Source: Botryllus schlosseri (Eukaryota). From it: a stretch of 64,000 bases of DNA. Location: positions 36,086,001-36,150,000 of the forward strand of contig CM119371.1 in assembly GCA_051294905.1 (NCBI GenBank). The letters run 5' to 3'. How positions within the stretch are numbered: the stretch's first letter is position 1; every line of letters starts with the position of its first letter. Of the stretch, positions 54,601 through 64,000 are shown piece by piece. Below the pieces are notes generated by a model. The model made no database searches. It saw nothing but the letters and a program-made list of their open reading frames with translations, and was not told the origin of the DNA. The position numbers and the translations under genes are program-made.

Positions 54601-57600
54601 ATAATAAATAATTAAATAGTTAATCACCGTAAATACTATTTTATTCAAATCCAAATTTTTCTACTGACCCCATTTTACAAATATCGGTACTGATTGACAA
54701 AATGTTATTAATCGAAGTTAAAATGAAATGCCTGTCTTGGCCGTCCTAGTCCCGAGCAGGGTTGTAACCAAGTCACAAGGTTCCGAGTCGCAAGTCAATG
54801 TCACTTTTATCGTTTTGACTCGAGTCAAGTCGAGTCATTTTCAATTCACCCCCGAGTCAATTACGAGTCCAAGTCAGTGAGTAGAGGGTGGAGTCAGAGT
54901 GATAATGTTATGACTCGAGTCCAAGTCATTGTGTTAGCTATTCAGTTTTCAGTTCAATCCACCTTTTTCAACCCTGCTCGAGTGATATAGAATGGCTTGC
55001 ATTCATGTCGTAATTTTCCTCAGTCTTAACAGTTTCTGGCCATATTTTCCGAGTATCGGGACTGATAGACGAAATACCAATCATGTGGTGACTTCACTAT
55101 TCTTTGAAGTTATAATGAATTGTCTGTCTTAGCCGTCCTAGTCTCGAGTCATATGACTTGGTTCGAGTCATGGACAATGACTCGAGTACAAGTCGAGTCA
55201 ATATAGAAATTGCGTCAAGTCAAGTCAGAAAAAAAATCGAATCATTACAACCCTGGTTGTAGAAGATTAGCATATATATTCACGCTGACATTAGTACAAT
55301 CCATACTCACTGAAATTCTGGAAAAGTGATTAAAATCTGATTGCCCGTCGTCGGAGTGATCTCGTACGTGCAGTTGACTCTGTTTGGGTAGTTGAGAGGG
55401 TACAGAGGCGATTGCAGACTGCCTGTAGATTTCGTTAGAGGCTCCAAGCATTGTCCAGTAAACTTATCGAGCGATTCTGTAAAGAAAGGTAATGAGCCAT
55501 GGCAGACTATGTCAGCAATCCCGTAAGGATAATGGCTACAGGCTTGTACAAAGTACTGGATTTCCATAAGGAATAACTAAAACTATTCACTTTTCGAAAC
55601 TAAAACCAAAACTTGATATAATGACCTTTAAAGATCCGCAACTAACTAAAATTCAACTAGCTAATAGCTGACATTATGCCTTACAATACTAATTGCAAAG
55701 GAGCTGCGAAATATTGGATATAATATCGGCAATTCGAAAGGACAGGGATTCAAGTTTGAAATTGGAGGGTTCCGACCCAAAAAACCCACCCACTGGTCAC
55801 GGCACTGTAGCCTACGTACCCGTAATGATGACTCTGAGCTAGCAATGGCTGCAAGAACATCACACAGCAGGAACTTATCACTTTTTAAAATCACCAAGAG
55901 CTGGAACTAGAACTATTCAGAAACCAAGTAGTTAGTTGACTGTCTAATTGGAACTAGAACTACTGACTTTTCAAAGTCCATAACTAGAAACAGAACTTGA
56001 ACTACGGCACTCAGAAAGCAAGTAGTTAGTTGAATGATAAACTGAAACTAGAACTACTCACCTTGCAAATTCTACAACTAGAACTAGAACTATTAAAATA
56101 AACAAGTTGTTAGGTGACAGTCAGACTGGAGCAAAAACTACTAACTTTTTAAAATACACAACTAGAACTAGAACTAGAACTACTCGAAAAACAAATCATC
56201 GTTTGTTGACTGTCAAACTGGAATAAGAGGACTAATAATTTTCCAAAGTCCGCAATTACAACAAGAACTAGAACTATTCATAAAAAAAGTAGTTATGCGA
56301 ACTGTCAAACTGGAAGTGGAACTAGAGTATTTACTTTTCAAAATCCATAACTAGAACTAATTAGTTCTCCGTCAGCTAACTAGAATGGTAGTTGGTACAA
56401 GTCTGAATTATGAATGCCAAGCATTTCTTACTCGGGGTGAACTGTAGAATGAATCCGCTTTTGCTGAGCGTCCTGTCCGACACAAATCTGAGTGTGGCTT
56501 CATTTCCGTCAGTTTGGATCGTTTTGGGAATGTCGTATCCACATAGTTTTGCTATCGACTGACCGTACGTCGTGCTCTGACCGTTGTAGATTTGGAGATA
56601 ATCAAATCTGTTAGGATAGAAGGTAAAATGAGTGATATTATTGCGACTTTTGGTAGAGATTAGCACCAGTTTCGATGTGAAGACTTGATTTGAAGACTTT
56701 CGATTGATTCGCGCGTTGACATAACATTGCTAATATAGTATTGACGATTTCTACGCCACATTTTGAATATAATTTCTGTCATTAACGGCGATGGGTTCGG
56801 ATTTGGGCATGATACAAAATAAATTCTGATTCTGGTTTATACTCAAATGTTTTATTGTATAGAATGGTACACGTCGTGGAATAGAATACACACCACGCTT
56901 ATTCTAATTCGTATCCCGATTCCAGTGCCAAACCAAAGCAAAAAGTTTATCAAGACTTGTCAAGACGTGGGAGTTCCCCAATCTCTGTTTACTAGGAAGT
57001 TATCGATCCGTAACGTGTCAAAGAACTATTCCATTATTTTCTGCCTTGCCAGGATCAGTCACCTTGAATCAAATCAAAACTTGAACGTTGGTTGTGTACT
57101 TCATGATGGTAAATAAAATCATCTATTTCCCAAAATTCACTGGAATGCATGTAGGCAAAAAGTTTGGAACCGCTCATATTATTTGGTTACCCGCATCTGC
57201 TATGCTTCTCCACGTCGAATTCGATGAAGGATATTTGCATTCTTTCCGATCCCGTAGCTCGCAGATGGAAGACACAATCCGATCGTGACGGATAACCGTT
57301 GTCAAAGAAATAATTTATGGTTTCTGTATTGCCGTTCGCCACGTCGAATGTACGATCGCAAATATCTTCCGGGACCGCTGAAGTGGAAAACCAAATTTGG
57401 CGAATTGGGCAATAAACCTCGGATTTCAAACTCAGTAAGGGAGTCGGGTAGTAAGTAAGTATTTGGAGTGCGCAATTATGCAATGTGCATTGTCATTTGT
57501 CACTAGTTTGCTCAAGTACTTTCACGCTACTTCCACTTCTATTTAATAGTTTTCGGACCAAAACTGCATAGGCTACTTTTACACTTGAATAGGTTTGCAT

Positions 57601-58066
57601 TAGCCTACTTATACGCGCGGCACGCGTTCAGGAATTTAAAATTTTCTAGAAACTTGCACTTGGGTTAGTTATTTTGTTTAGATATCATCAGGATGCATCT
57701 TTCAATTTCAATTTCAATTTCAATTTCAATTTCAATTTCTGATTGACGACAAATGATGATGTTTCTCCACACTTATTGAGATACTATGTTACGGTATACT
57801 TCACTACTGAGGCTTCTCGATTTCCATAGTCTATTCGAAATAGATGCACGATACCTTTGAAATCGTTACTTTTGCTCATAATTGAGTAGATATTTTGGTA
57901 TTATGTATATTTCTACTTGTATACCAATGCTGAATACTTTTTAACATCCCCGTTAATTAGTGACAGGTACTCGAAAATCGACATTCTGGTGCAGATGGAC
58001 ACGACGTTGTTACATACCTTGAGCAAATCCTAGTAATGTCACGGCGATAAGGAATTGAATTTCCAT
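24686..58066 (-). CDS. Secreted CUB-CUB-(EGF)16-coiled-coil extracellular protein, 24 coding exons, ~1000 aa
   Basis: Exons (minus): 58066-58018, 57377-57191, 56607-56432, 55476-55311, 54211-54018, 52397-52278, 51230-51105, 49571-49446, 46286-46158, 45004-44858, 43747-43599, 42762-42666, 42210-42086, 41143-41067, 39702-39615, 38276-38159, 36501-36403, 35715-35593, 34387-34259, 33152-33027, 30925-30856, 29131-28959, 26710-26598, 24781-24686; all GT-AG and phase-compatible (3003 nt, ends TAG). Signal peptide [20 protein letters not shown] motifs (YPSRSDC, FDVE, DYLQIY, KLCG, FVSD, GF); repeated D(I/V)(N/D)EC cbEGF units; C-terminal CPDC then heptads. Confidence 0.9.
24975..25765. repeat. Minisatellite (~30-36 bp unit, TAGTTCTAGTTGCGGATTTTGGAAAGTGAC-like)
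   Basis: Many degenerate tandem units inside the last intron of the CUB-EGF gene. Confidence 0.9.
26967..27420. mobile_element. hAT MITE family B copy
   Basis: CAGGGTGTTAACC...TTACATCCTTG; perfect TSD GCGTAATC. Confidence 0.88.
27791..28210. mobile_element. Long-TIR MITE family D (ATATTCATATTGAAAT...GCTGACACTCGTCAGGGGTAATCG)
   Basis: Inverted arms; related copies/fragments at ~15887-15962, 31873-32204, 35455-35520, 41398-41595, 45099-45138, 47688-47836. Confidence 0.8.
31051..31652. mobile_element. hAT MITE with an inverted partial copy at ~29810-30170
   Basis: Termini CGGTGATTCCCAAC...GGTAGGGAACCACTG; 31100-31390 is reverse-complement-similar to 29820-30165. Confidence 0.7.
31873..32204. 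mobile_element. Long-TIR MITE family D copy
   Basis: ~140-bp inverted arms forming a near-complete palindrome. Confidence 0.82.
32431..33004. mobile_element. hAT MITE family B copy (opposite orientation to 26967-27420)
   Basis: CAGGGTTCTAATG...CTACAGCCCTG; body reverse-complement-similar to 26967-27420. Confidence 0.8.
34470..35105. mobile_element. Harbinger-like palindromic MITE family E, degenerate copy
   Basis: Shares CTACTTGATAAAA / CAATTCCAACC motifs and inverted-arm structure with 53361-53992. Confidence 0.65.
36715..38060. repeat. Minisatellite (~40 bp unit, AAATTAGATTAGAATTAGAGTTATAGCTACACAGTTTTTTCC-like)
   Basis: About 30 degenerate tandem units filling most of intron 36502-38158. 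Confidence 0.92.
38492..39257. mobile_element. hAT MITE (CAGGGGTGTCAAAC termini) inserted in a family E fragment
   Basis: TIR CAGGGGTGTCAAAC...GTTTGACACCCCAG; perfect TSD CTATAGAA. Confidence 0.88.
41596..41890 (+). mobile_element. tRNA-derived SINE family 2
   Basis: tRNA-like head with GTTCGATCCCC B-box; body GACCAAAGACCTGATTAG...GCAAGACTTA...AACCTTACAA shared with a 5'-truncated copy at ~30590-30835. Confidence 0.7.
42933..43279. mobile_element. Probable Tc1/mariner (pogo/Tigger-like) MITE
   Basis: Imperfect TIR TACCGTAGGTTTCCAAATATAGTACGCA...TGCGCATCATATATGGAAAATTACGTA with TA ends. Confidence 0.5.
46365..47590 (+). mobile_element. tRNA-derived SINE family 1, split by a family C MITE
   Basis: 5' half 46365-46526 and 3' half 47449-47590 match 17157-17438 colinearly. 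Confidence 0.88.
46527..47448. mobile_element. hAT MITE family C copy
   Basis: TIRs as at 17645; perfect TSD CTAGAAAG. Confidence 0.9.
48187..48692. mobile_element. Harbinger-like palindromic MITE family E
   Basis: GGGCTCTT...AAGAGCCC termini with long imperfect inverted arms. Confidence 0.7.
49976..50466. mobile_element. Palindromic element with internal degenerate TTAGGG/CCCTAA arrays
   Basis: 21-bp TIR GGCGCTTCTTCGATATACCCC; left arm ATATTAGGGTT repeats, right arm AACCCTAATAT repeats. Confidence 0.8.
52606..53189. mobile_element. hAT MITE family B copy
   Basis: CAGGGCTGCGTAATG...GGTTACAACCATG; reverse-complement-similar to 54757-55255. Confidence 0.82.
53361..53992. mobile_element. PIF/Harbinger-like palindromic MITE family E
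   Basis: GG(G)..TTC...GAATAGCCC termini, TAA flanks both ends, ~300-bp inverted arms; half copy at ~54301-54666. Confidence 0.8.
54757..55255. mobile_element. hAT MITE family B copy
   Basis: TIR CAGGGTTGTAA...TTACAACCCTG. Confidence 0.85.
55575..56385. repeat. Degenerate AACTAGAACTAG minisatellite related (reverse strand) to 24975-25765
   Basis: Recurrent AACTAGAACTAC / AAATCCGCAACTA / TAGTTGACTGTCAAACT motifs. Confidence 0.75.
57700..57739. repeat. (TTTCAA)n microsatellite
   Basis: About six perfect hexamer units in intron 1 of the CUB-EGF gene. Confidence 0.9.
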
Positions 58067-58210
58067 TATGCGCAATTCGACGAATGAACGGTGCAATCTG
58101 TTGGAACCTGTGCAATCTATTTATAGAGAATTACAGTTGGATCTCTGCGATAAAGGAAAAAAAATCTACATTGAATGGAGCTTGATTGATCCGCGAATAC
58201 CTGCGACAGT

Positions 58211-60833
58211 CAGTGGCGGCTCGTGACAATATCGGGTGGTGGGGCAAGGGCTGCGAGCGACTTTTATCAATATGACGTCACAATGGCGTTTTCCAACGTA
58301 AAAAAGTAACTTTATGATGCTCACATGAATTTCCCGACAACAGTGATTTTAACGTAGGTGCCGCGAGAGGTTTGCCGGTGAGCCGTGACTTGAAGTGTGG
58401 TAACAAATGTTTTATTCATTTATTTTTTAACAAAGGATTATTTTACAAAATGTACGTGAACTAAGAATCGTCCCTATGCCACGAATCAAGTATCAGGTCA
58501 TCCTTAGTAGCATGCGTTATGATTTCATGGTATAGTTATAGATTACGCAAATCGATAGACCCTAATTTTTCTAAGCCCGTCCGAAAGTGTTTCGTACACG
58601 ATCCTGGTGTGTTACGACCACTGAGCTGGTGGTTACGACCAGAGATGGGCGGATTCCAAAATTTCGGGATCCGAATCCATCCGGATCCGGCTGGCAATTG
58701 GAAATTCATAGTCCAAAGAAATTCGGCTGGTGAATGTCCAGTTCGGAATCCGAAAAAATCCTGCCAGAACAATGCTAATTAATCATATCACAGCAAAAAA
58801 ATCCGGCTAAAATCCGACCGTCACCCCAAATTCAAAATCCGGATCCAGTCCGGCCAGGTAAAAAAAAACATTGAAATCCTGCTCCGGCTCCTGAACCGGA
58901 CTGTGGCCATCTCTGGTTACGACCAGGTGATAATAGGCAACCAAAACGTAGGCACCCGGCGTACGATTGGATCAATAGACTGGACAACTTCTAGACCTCT
59001 CATTTTCGCTCTAAAGACAACTGCGTAAACTACGTACGGAGCAAAGATTCAATACGATTCATGTTCGCACTTGACTTGACCTGACTCATTCCAATGACTA
59101 GAACTCGAGAGATTGCGTAAGCCTAACTGGAAAGGTCAACGAGTTCGGACACATACGCAATTGTTATCTCATAGATTGGGCCTGTCATATTGAATCCAGA
59201 ACATCCATTTGAATGGTCTTTGAAGAACTAAGGACAGCAGCCTCGGAACTTCGGTCTCGGAACATCATAGGACATTTTGGCCTTGAAACTGGAGACTGTG
59301 ACACAACACATACGTCATACGGCTTACAGTCTATAAGTCTGCTGCGAAATCGCCGTTGGAAAATATACTAATCAATAAATACATGAATAAAAGCCGTAAC
59401 TTAGTATACTGTTACAAGAAATCATCGAGAAGTAGCATACGCAATCTCATAACCCATTCCGGTATGGTACACTGTCAAAATCAATACAAACAGACGAACA
59501 CCGAACTTTGAGTAAAATAGATCGAGGAATAGGCTGATCGAATGATCAGCTGTTAGCCGACATCGAAAATGAAATAGCTATCGCATTTGACAGGGGATTG
59601 TAAGCAAATGGTTTGAAGGCCACAATTTCACAGTGAAATGGACATTGGCGAACATAAAATTATGTGAATATTTGAATGCAAACCGAGAATCTTGGTCAGC
59701 TGTTTCATGCGATCATCGAGATATACCATTGGAAATATCATCACCGATCTCGTTATGGAACGCAGACTATAGATTAGCACAGACCGACACCGGCTATTGC
59801 GTGAGATCCGCAATGACGTAGGTAGGCTAAGTATCAGATCAGCGCGCATCTCTACCATACTCGACCTCGAAAACGAAATAACTGCCTCAATCATTGAGTG
59901 TCAACTTTAAGACTTGGCACCGTGTTCGATACTAAAATCCAGACATACCGTGCGAAGGCTCATGACAGATCTAGGTATGGAACATCGTTGAAATCAATAG
60001 AGACCAATAACGGCTTTTGCGTAAATTTGTTGGCGATAAATGAAGAGTCAGCTCTTACTCGACTTTGGAAACGAAATTACCACCCACATAGTTCAGTGAC
60101 AAACTTAAAACTTGTTACAGCGGTCGATACTAACACTTATCGTGCCAAATGTCATGACCGATCTCGGTATAGAACATCGTCAAAATCAATGGAGACCAAT
60201 ACCGGCTTTTGAGTAAAATCTGTTTGCTTTACTATGTACATGATAGATCAGCACACACTGAACTTCGGAAACGGAATTACTACCATTATCTTTAAGTAGC
60301 AAGCCTGAAACTTGGAGCAGTGTTAAATACTACCTTCACGACATATCATACCAAGTTTCAAGAAATATCATGGTGCGAAACACCGTCAAAATCGACCTAT
60401 TCCAGCAAAGGTCGACTCAACGCATATTACGGTAACCGAGTTCAGATATAGATACGATTGTTACATCACACCTTAGGGGCGAGCAAGCATATTTGCCCCG
60501 GTTGCTCGGCCATTATACGAATAGGAGAGAGTAAATCACCGTTTCTTTATTGTGCGCGGCTTTGAGAGAATAGATAGTGAAAGCTTGTTATGAGCGCTAC
60601 CGGGGCAAGCCCCGGCTAGGCATTCACAAAGCGAAAACACAGAAGAGAATTCGATTTTCGCAGAGACTTCGCTATGTATGGGCGTTTCCAAGCGAAAGCA
60701 CAAGAAGAACGCGGGTTTCGCTGTGATCTCGGTATATATTGATTGCTGTGCGTCTATAAATGGTTAAATTGTTATTGAACAGAATTTTAGGTGGGGCAAT
60801 GCCCCGGTTGCCCTATAGGACGAGCCGCCACTG
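58211..60833. mobile_element. 2.6-kb hAT non-autonomous element (CAGTGGCGGCTCGT termini)
   Basis: Perfect 14-bp TIR; perfect TSD GCGACAGT; internal ~190-bp degenerate tandem repeats (59450-60400); no transposase ORF seen. Confidence 0.9.
58640..58915. mobile_element. Small hAT MITE (CAGAGATGG termini, CCGGA-rich) nested in 58211-60833
   Basis: TIR CAGAGATGG...CCATCTCTG; perfect TSD GTTACGAC. Confidence 0.88.
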
Positions 60834-63047
60834 GCGACAGTATACATGAACCGCAGCCGAATTCCCGAGTTAATCTCCCAATTTTTTCACTGTCGACTTA
60901 TTCTACGGATCACTCGAGTTTCACACTTTACAGGGCATGACTGATGTAGCCTACTTTCAAATTTCTAGAGAGCCCACACTGCAATGGAATCATTTGGATT
61001 TCCGCAGCAATGACGCCGCAACTGAATTGAGGCATATAACCCAGCCAGTATATACCACTATGCAGAGGTTGAAAGCCTTTAACATGGAGAACCCTTGCCC
61101 TCACCTGCAAGCCTTTATGACGTCCAGCGGAACTCCGGTCAAGGGCCACTGCACTTTAGTATATATCCATGGATTATAAAATTAGTGATTGCTGTCAATT
61201 GTCAATGTTAACATTATTTTGAAACCAACAATTCTACTTTGAAGCAATTGGACTATACTGGGCATTGCAACTATTTGACCGCAGTTCCTGGTGCGCCAAG
61301 GCGCTTCATAAATAGTAACCTTTAAAATACTAGTTTGGTTGTCATTTCTCTCAGGGTCTCTGTGTGGCCGATATATCAAGAAACTCGCCTCTCCTTGGAT
61401 GTGATATGATGGAGAATCTTTGCCATCCTGACATTGGAACAACGCGTTTGCCGTCGTACCGTCGGGTCTGATTTCGATTTCCTGGCAGATAAAATACTCT
61501 TATCGTTGTATTCAAATCTTTTTCGATATAAAGTCGTCGTCAGGGTGCAAAGCGCCACCAAACCCCAGGAAAAAGCTATATTTATACACACAACAAAACA
61601 TTCGATTACGCGTTGCGTGGATTACCTGAACTGATAATTATAATATTAACTCAGGCTACCGTAGTATGCATCACTGACCGAATAGAGGCGAACCATCAAC
61701 AAAGATCTCGGTCGCAAAAGTGATATGTCGGAATTATTTGCAGTTTCATATCGTTCCACAGGAGACCCAATTGACTTGTGCCGTCAGGAACGGAAACGCT
61801 CTGCAAGTATTGCGAGTATTACTTTCGATCCGCGGACCTGGTCTTGTTGTTTCCTTTGAAAATCCTAACCGAAAGGATTGTTGTTGACGCGCTCAACATC
61901 TGAGGCGGTATTCCTGGTAAAGCGAGGTTGTTTTGGAGGTGCGAAGGGTTTCACCTAGATTTCGAAAGGCTGACGCGTGAATGTGACGCCAATCCGCCTT
62001 GCTCGAAACGGTTATGTTTTATGACGGGCAGGTGATCATGACGCTAGCTGGAGGAAAGGCGTTTATTTCCACAAGGAAATATTAATGAAGACAATTTAAA
62101 CATAGCTCCAAAAGGAATGAATGTGAGTGACAATCCGTGAAACTTTCGCCAATACGCATGTGTGCTATCGGGATGTAGGCCTACACAAATGGTAGCCACA
62201 CTCGATAACGACGGAAATCTCTCCTCAATCTAATAATTAGGTAAAACGTACGTCATTTCCCCGCGTTCAAACTAAAATCACCCCATGATCTCTCGTACAT
62301 CCAGCGTTCGCGAGTCTACTTTTCTTCTAAGTGGTTATCAACAGTTGAGTCATGACTCATGAGTCACGTGTGAAATAAAACGGTATTTTCATTAACCACG
62401 AGAGTACATCATAAAGCATTTCATTTCTGCCCCAAATAAGGAATTACGTTTCACCGGTGCTACACATGTCAGCCCTGTCATACGTTTACTTCAGATCCAG
62501 ATTTTAGCGACACGTAATTTCTCCCACTACCCTCCTATAACGTCGTGCTGATGCTTCAAGATACGTAAAAATAATCCAGTGCGTTAAAAAGTCACATGAA
62601 AACCCTCGCCTAGCACCGTTCTTATAACTAAATCCTGCCACAGTTTCGCCACACATCAAAATCAAATCCATCGGCTCATTTTTCCTTAGGATGCACGAAT
62701 TTCAAACTCATAAAAGGTAGCGATAATGCTTTTCAGGCACAATTCCAATGGCCTGTAAGCGTGATACGCGCGAATAAGCCTATATGTTTAGCAATATTTC
62801 ATTCTGTAACTTCCGAAATTAAAAGGAATGCGCATAAATTACCTAAGCACACAAAATAAGAATTTATCAAAATAAAAATATAAAAACTAACTATAAAGTG
62901 GCGATATTCGGAAGCAAACACGGAAAATGAGACTATTCGCTTTGCAGGCTGAGGAACAACCAACTTCATTATACTGTGCACACAAGGCATCGAGGTAAAA
63001 TAGCGAAATGATAAAAAACGAGATGATATTTCCGTACACTCCGCGAC

Positions 63048-64000
63048 CTAACGCGACGCGACACCCTCGCGAATATCAGTCTGCACCACAGGCCGATACA
63101 AATGCGAAAGAGCGTCGTCCAGAGTCTGTCTCTTGTAGTCTTTCCACATGAAGGATTCCTTCAGGTTCTGCAGGATCTCGCGCTGCTTCGGGAATGGCGG
63201 AAACTGCGAATTAAATAAAGTGGTATCGGGTGAGGACATTACCGAGAATGGACATTACCGAGAACGGTCACGTTAAGTTTTTTGACCAGTTTCACTTCTA
63301 CTGAAGAGTTTTTTAGGCAAATACCACTTAGCTTTTAACAAGTTGAAATGAGTTTTTGAATTTATCAAAAACCAGGAGGAAACGTACTCATATTCGGGAC
63401 CCAAGTACACATATAAGTAAAGCCGTAAATTTATAATCAAGTATACATGATAGGAGCGAATTCCAAGTAATTAAACAAGTCTTCAAGTCTTTTAGGCCTA
63501 GGTTTGCCTAGTAGGCTGAAAACTACGAGGCAGTCTCAAATTATAACCACTTAACACCAGTAAGTGCAATGTTTCAAAATAAAGTTAGTTCCTGCTATAC
63601 ACGGACTATTTATCCAAATTGGTACGACAATTCCTCTCAGACTGGTGACATAGTGTACGAAGTAAATAAGTTTGCTTGACAAACTGCTAAGTTAAAATGA
63701 AATAATATACCAGCATACCTACTTGAATAAGTATAGTGCAAGTATATACAAAACCAGCTTGAAGGCTCCAAATATGTAGAACTTCGCTAGTGACCAACTC
63801 TGGCATTAAAATAAGTGTGTGCATTGGTCATTGACCACTGCCCCAATACTAACTATATATCCCGGTTATAAACACCATATCGTGACGTACTGAAGAGAAC
63901 TAAGTCTTCATTGGGCCAAAATAATTTTGGTGTCGATGACCAAGCTGTGCCTCACCTTCATGTTGATGAGACTGTACACCGTTTCGTCAGCGAATTTCTG
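63048..64000 (-). CDS. 3' end (last two coding exons) of an unidentified gene continuing beyond the window
   Basis: Exon 64000-63956 (QKFADETVYSLINMK|gtgagg) joins in phase 0 to exon 63203-63048 (ttcgcag|FPPFPKQREILQNLKESFMWKDYKRQTLDDALSHLYRPVVQTDIREGVASR*); GC-richer than flanks; family not recognised. Confidence 0.65.

Noticed and set aside
24686..58066. Naming the CUB-EGF gene as tolloid/BMP1, SCUBE, fibrillin, cubilin or matrilin
   Set aside because: Domain order and content fit none: no protease, TB, vWA or ephrin-like cysteine-rich domains; CUBs are N-terminal.

Overview
Eukaryotic (invertebrate-animal-like, possibly tunicate; organism not provable from sequence) intron-rich, repeat-rich DNA; no prokaryotic genes, CRISPR arrays or rRNA. 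By hand-splicing GT-AG exons I reconstruct (1) a 9-exon plus-strand Golgi type II glycosaminoglycan 2-O-sulfotransferase of the HS2ST/UST family (8146-21192, ~436 aa); (2) a convergent 24-exon minus-strand secreted protein (58066-24686, ~1000 aa) with signal peptide, 2 CUB domains, 16 mostly Ca-binding EGF domains and a C-terminal CxxC plus coiled coil; (3) the last two coding exons of an unidentified third minus-strand gene (64000-63048). Introns and intergenic DNA are packed with non-autonomous DNA transposons (hAT-type MITEs with 8-bp TSDs, often nested; Harbinger-like and long palindromic MITEs), tRNA-derived SINEs, a truncated CR1/L2-type LINE and minisatellites. Most notable: the CUB2-EGF16-coiled-coil architecture, displaced introns in the EGF array, two different palindromic MITEs sharing one target site, and inverted MITE pairs flanking in-frame exon blocks.
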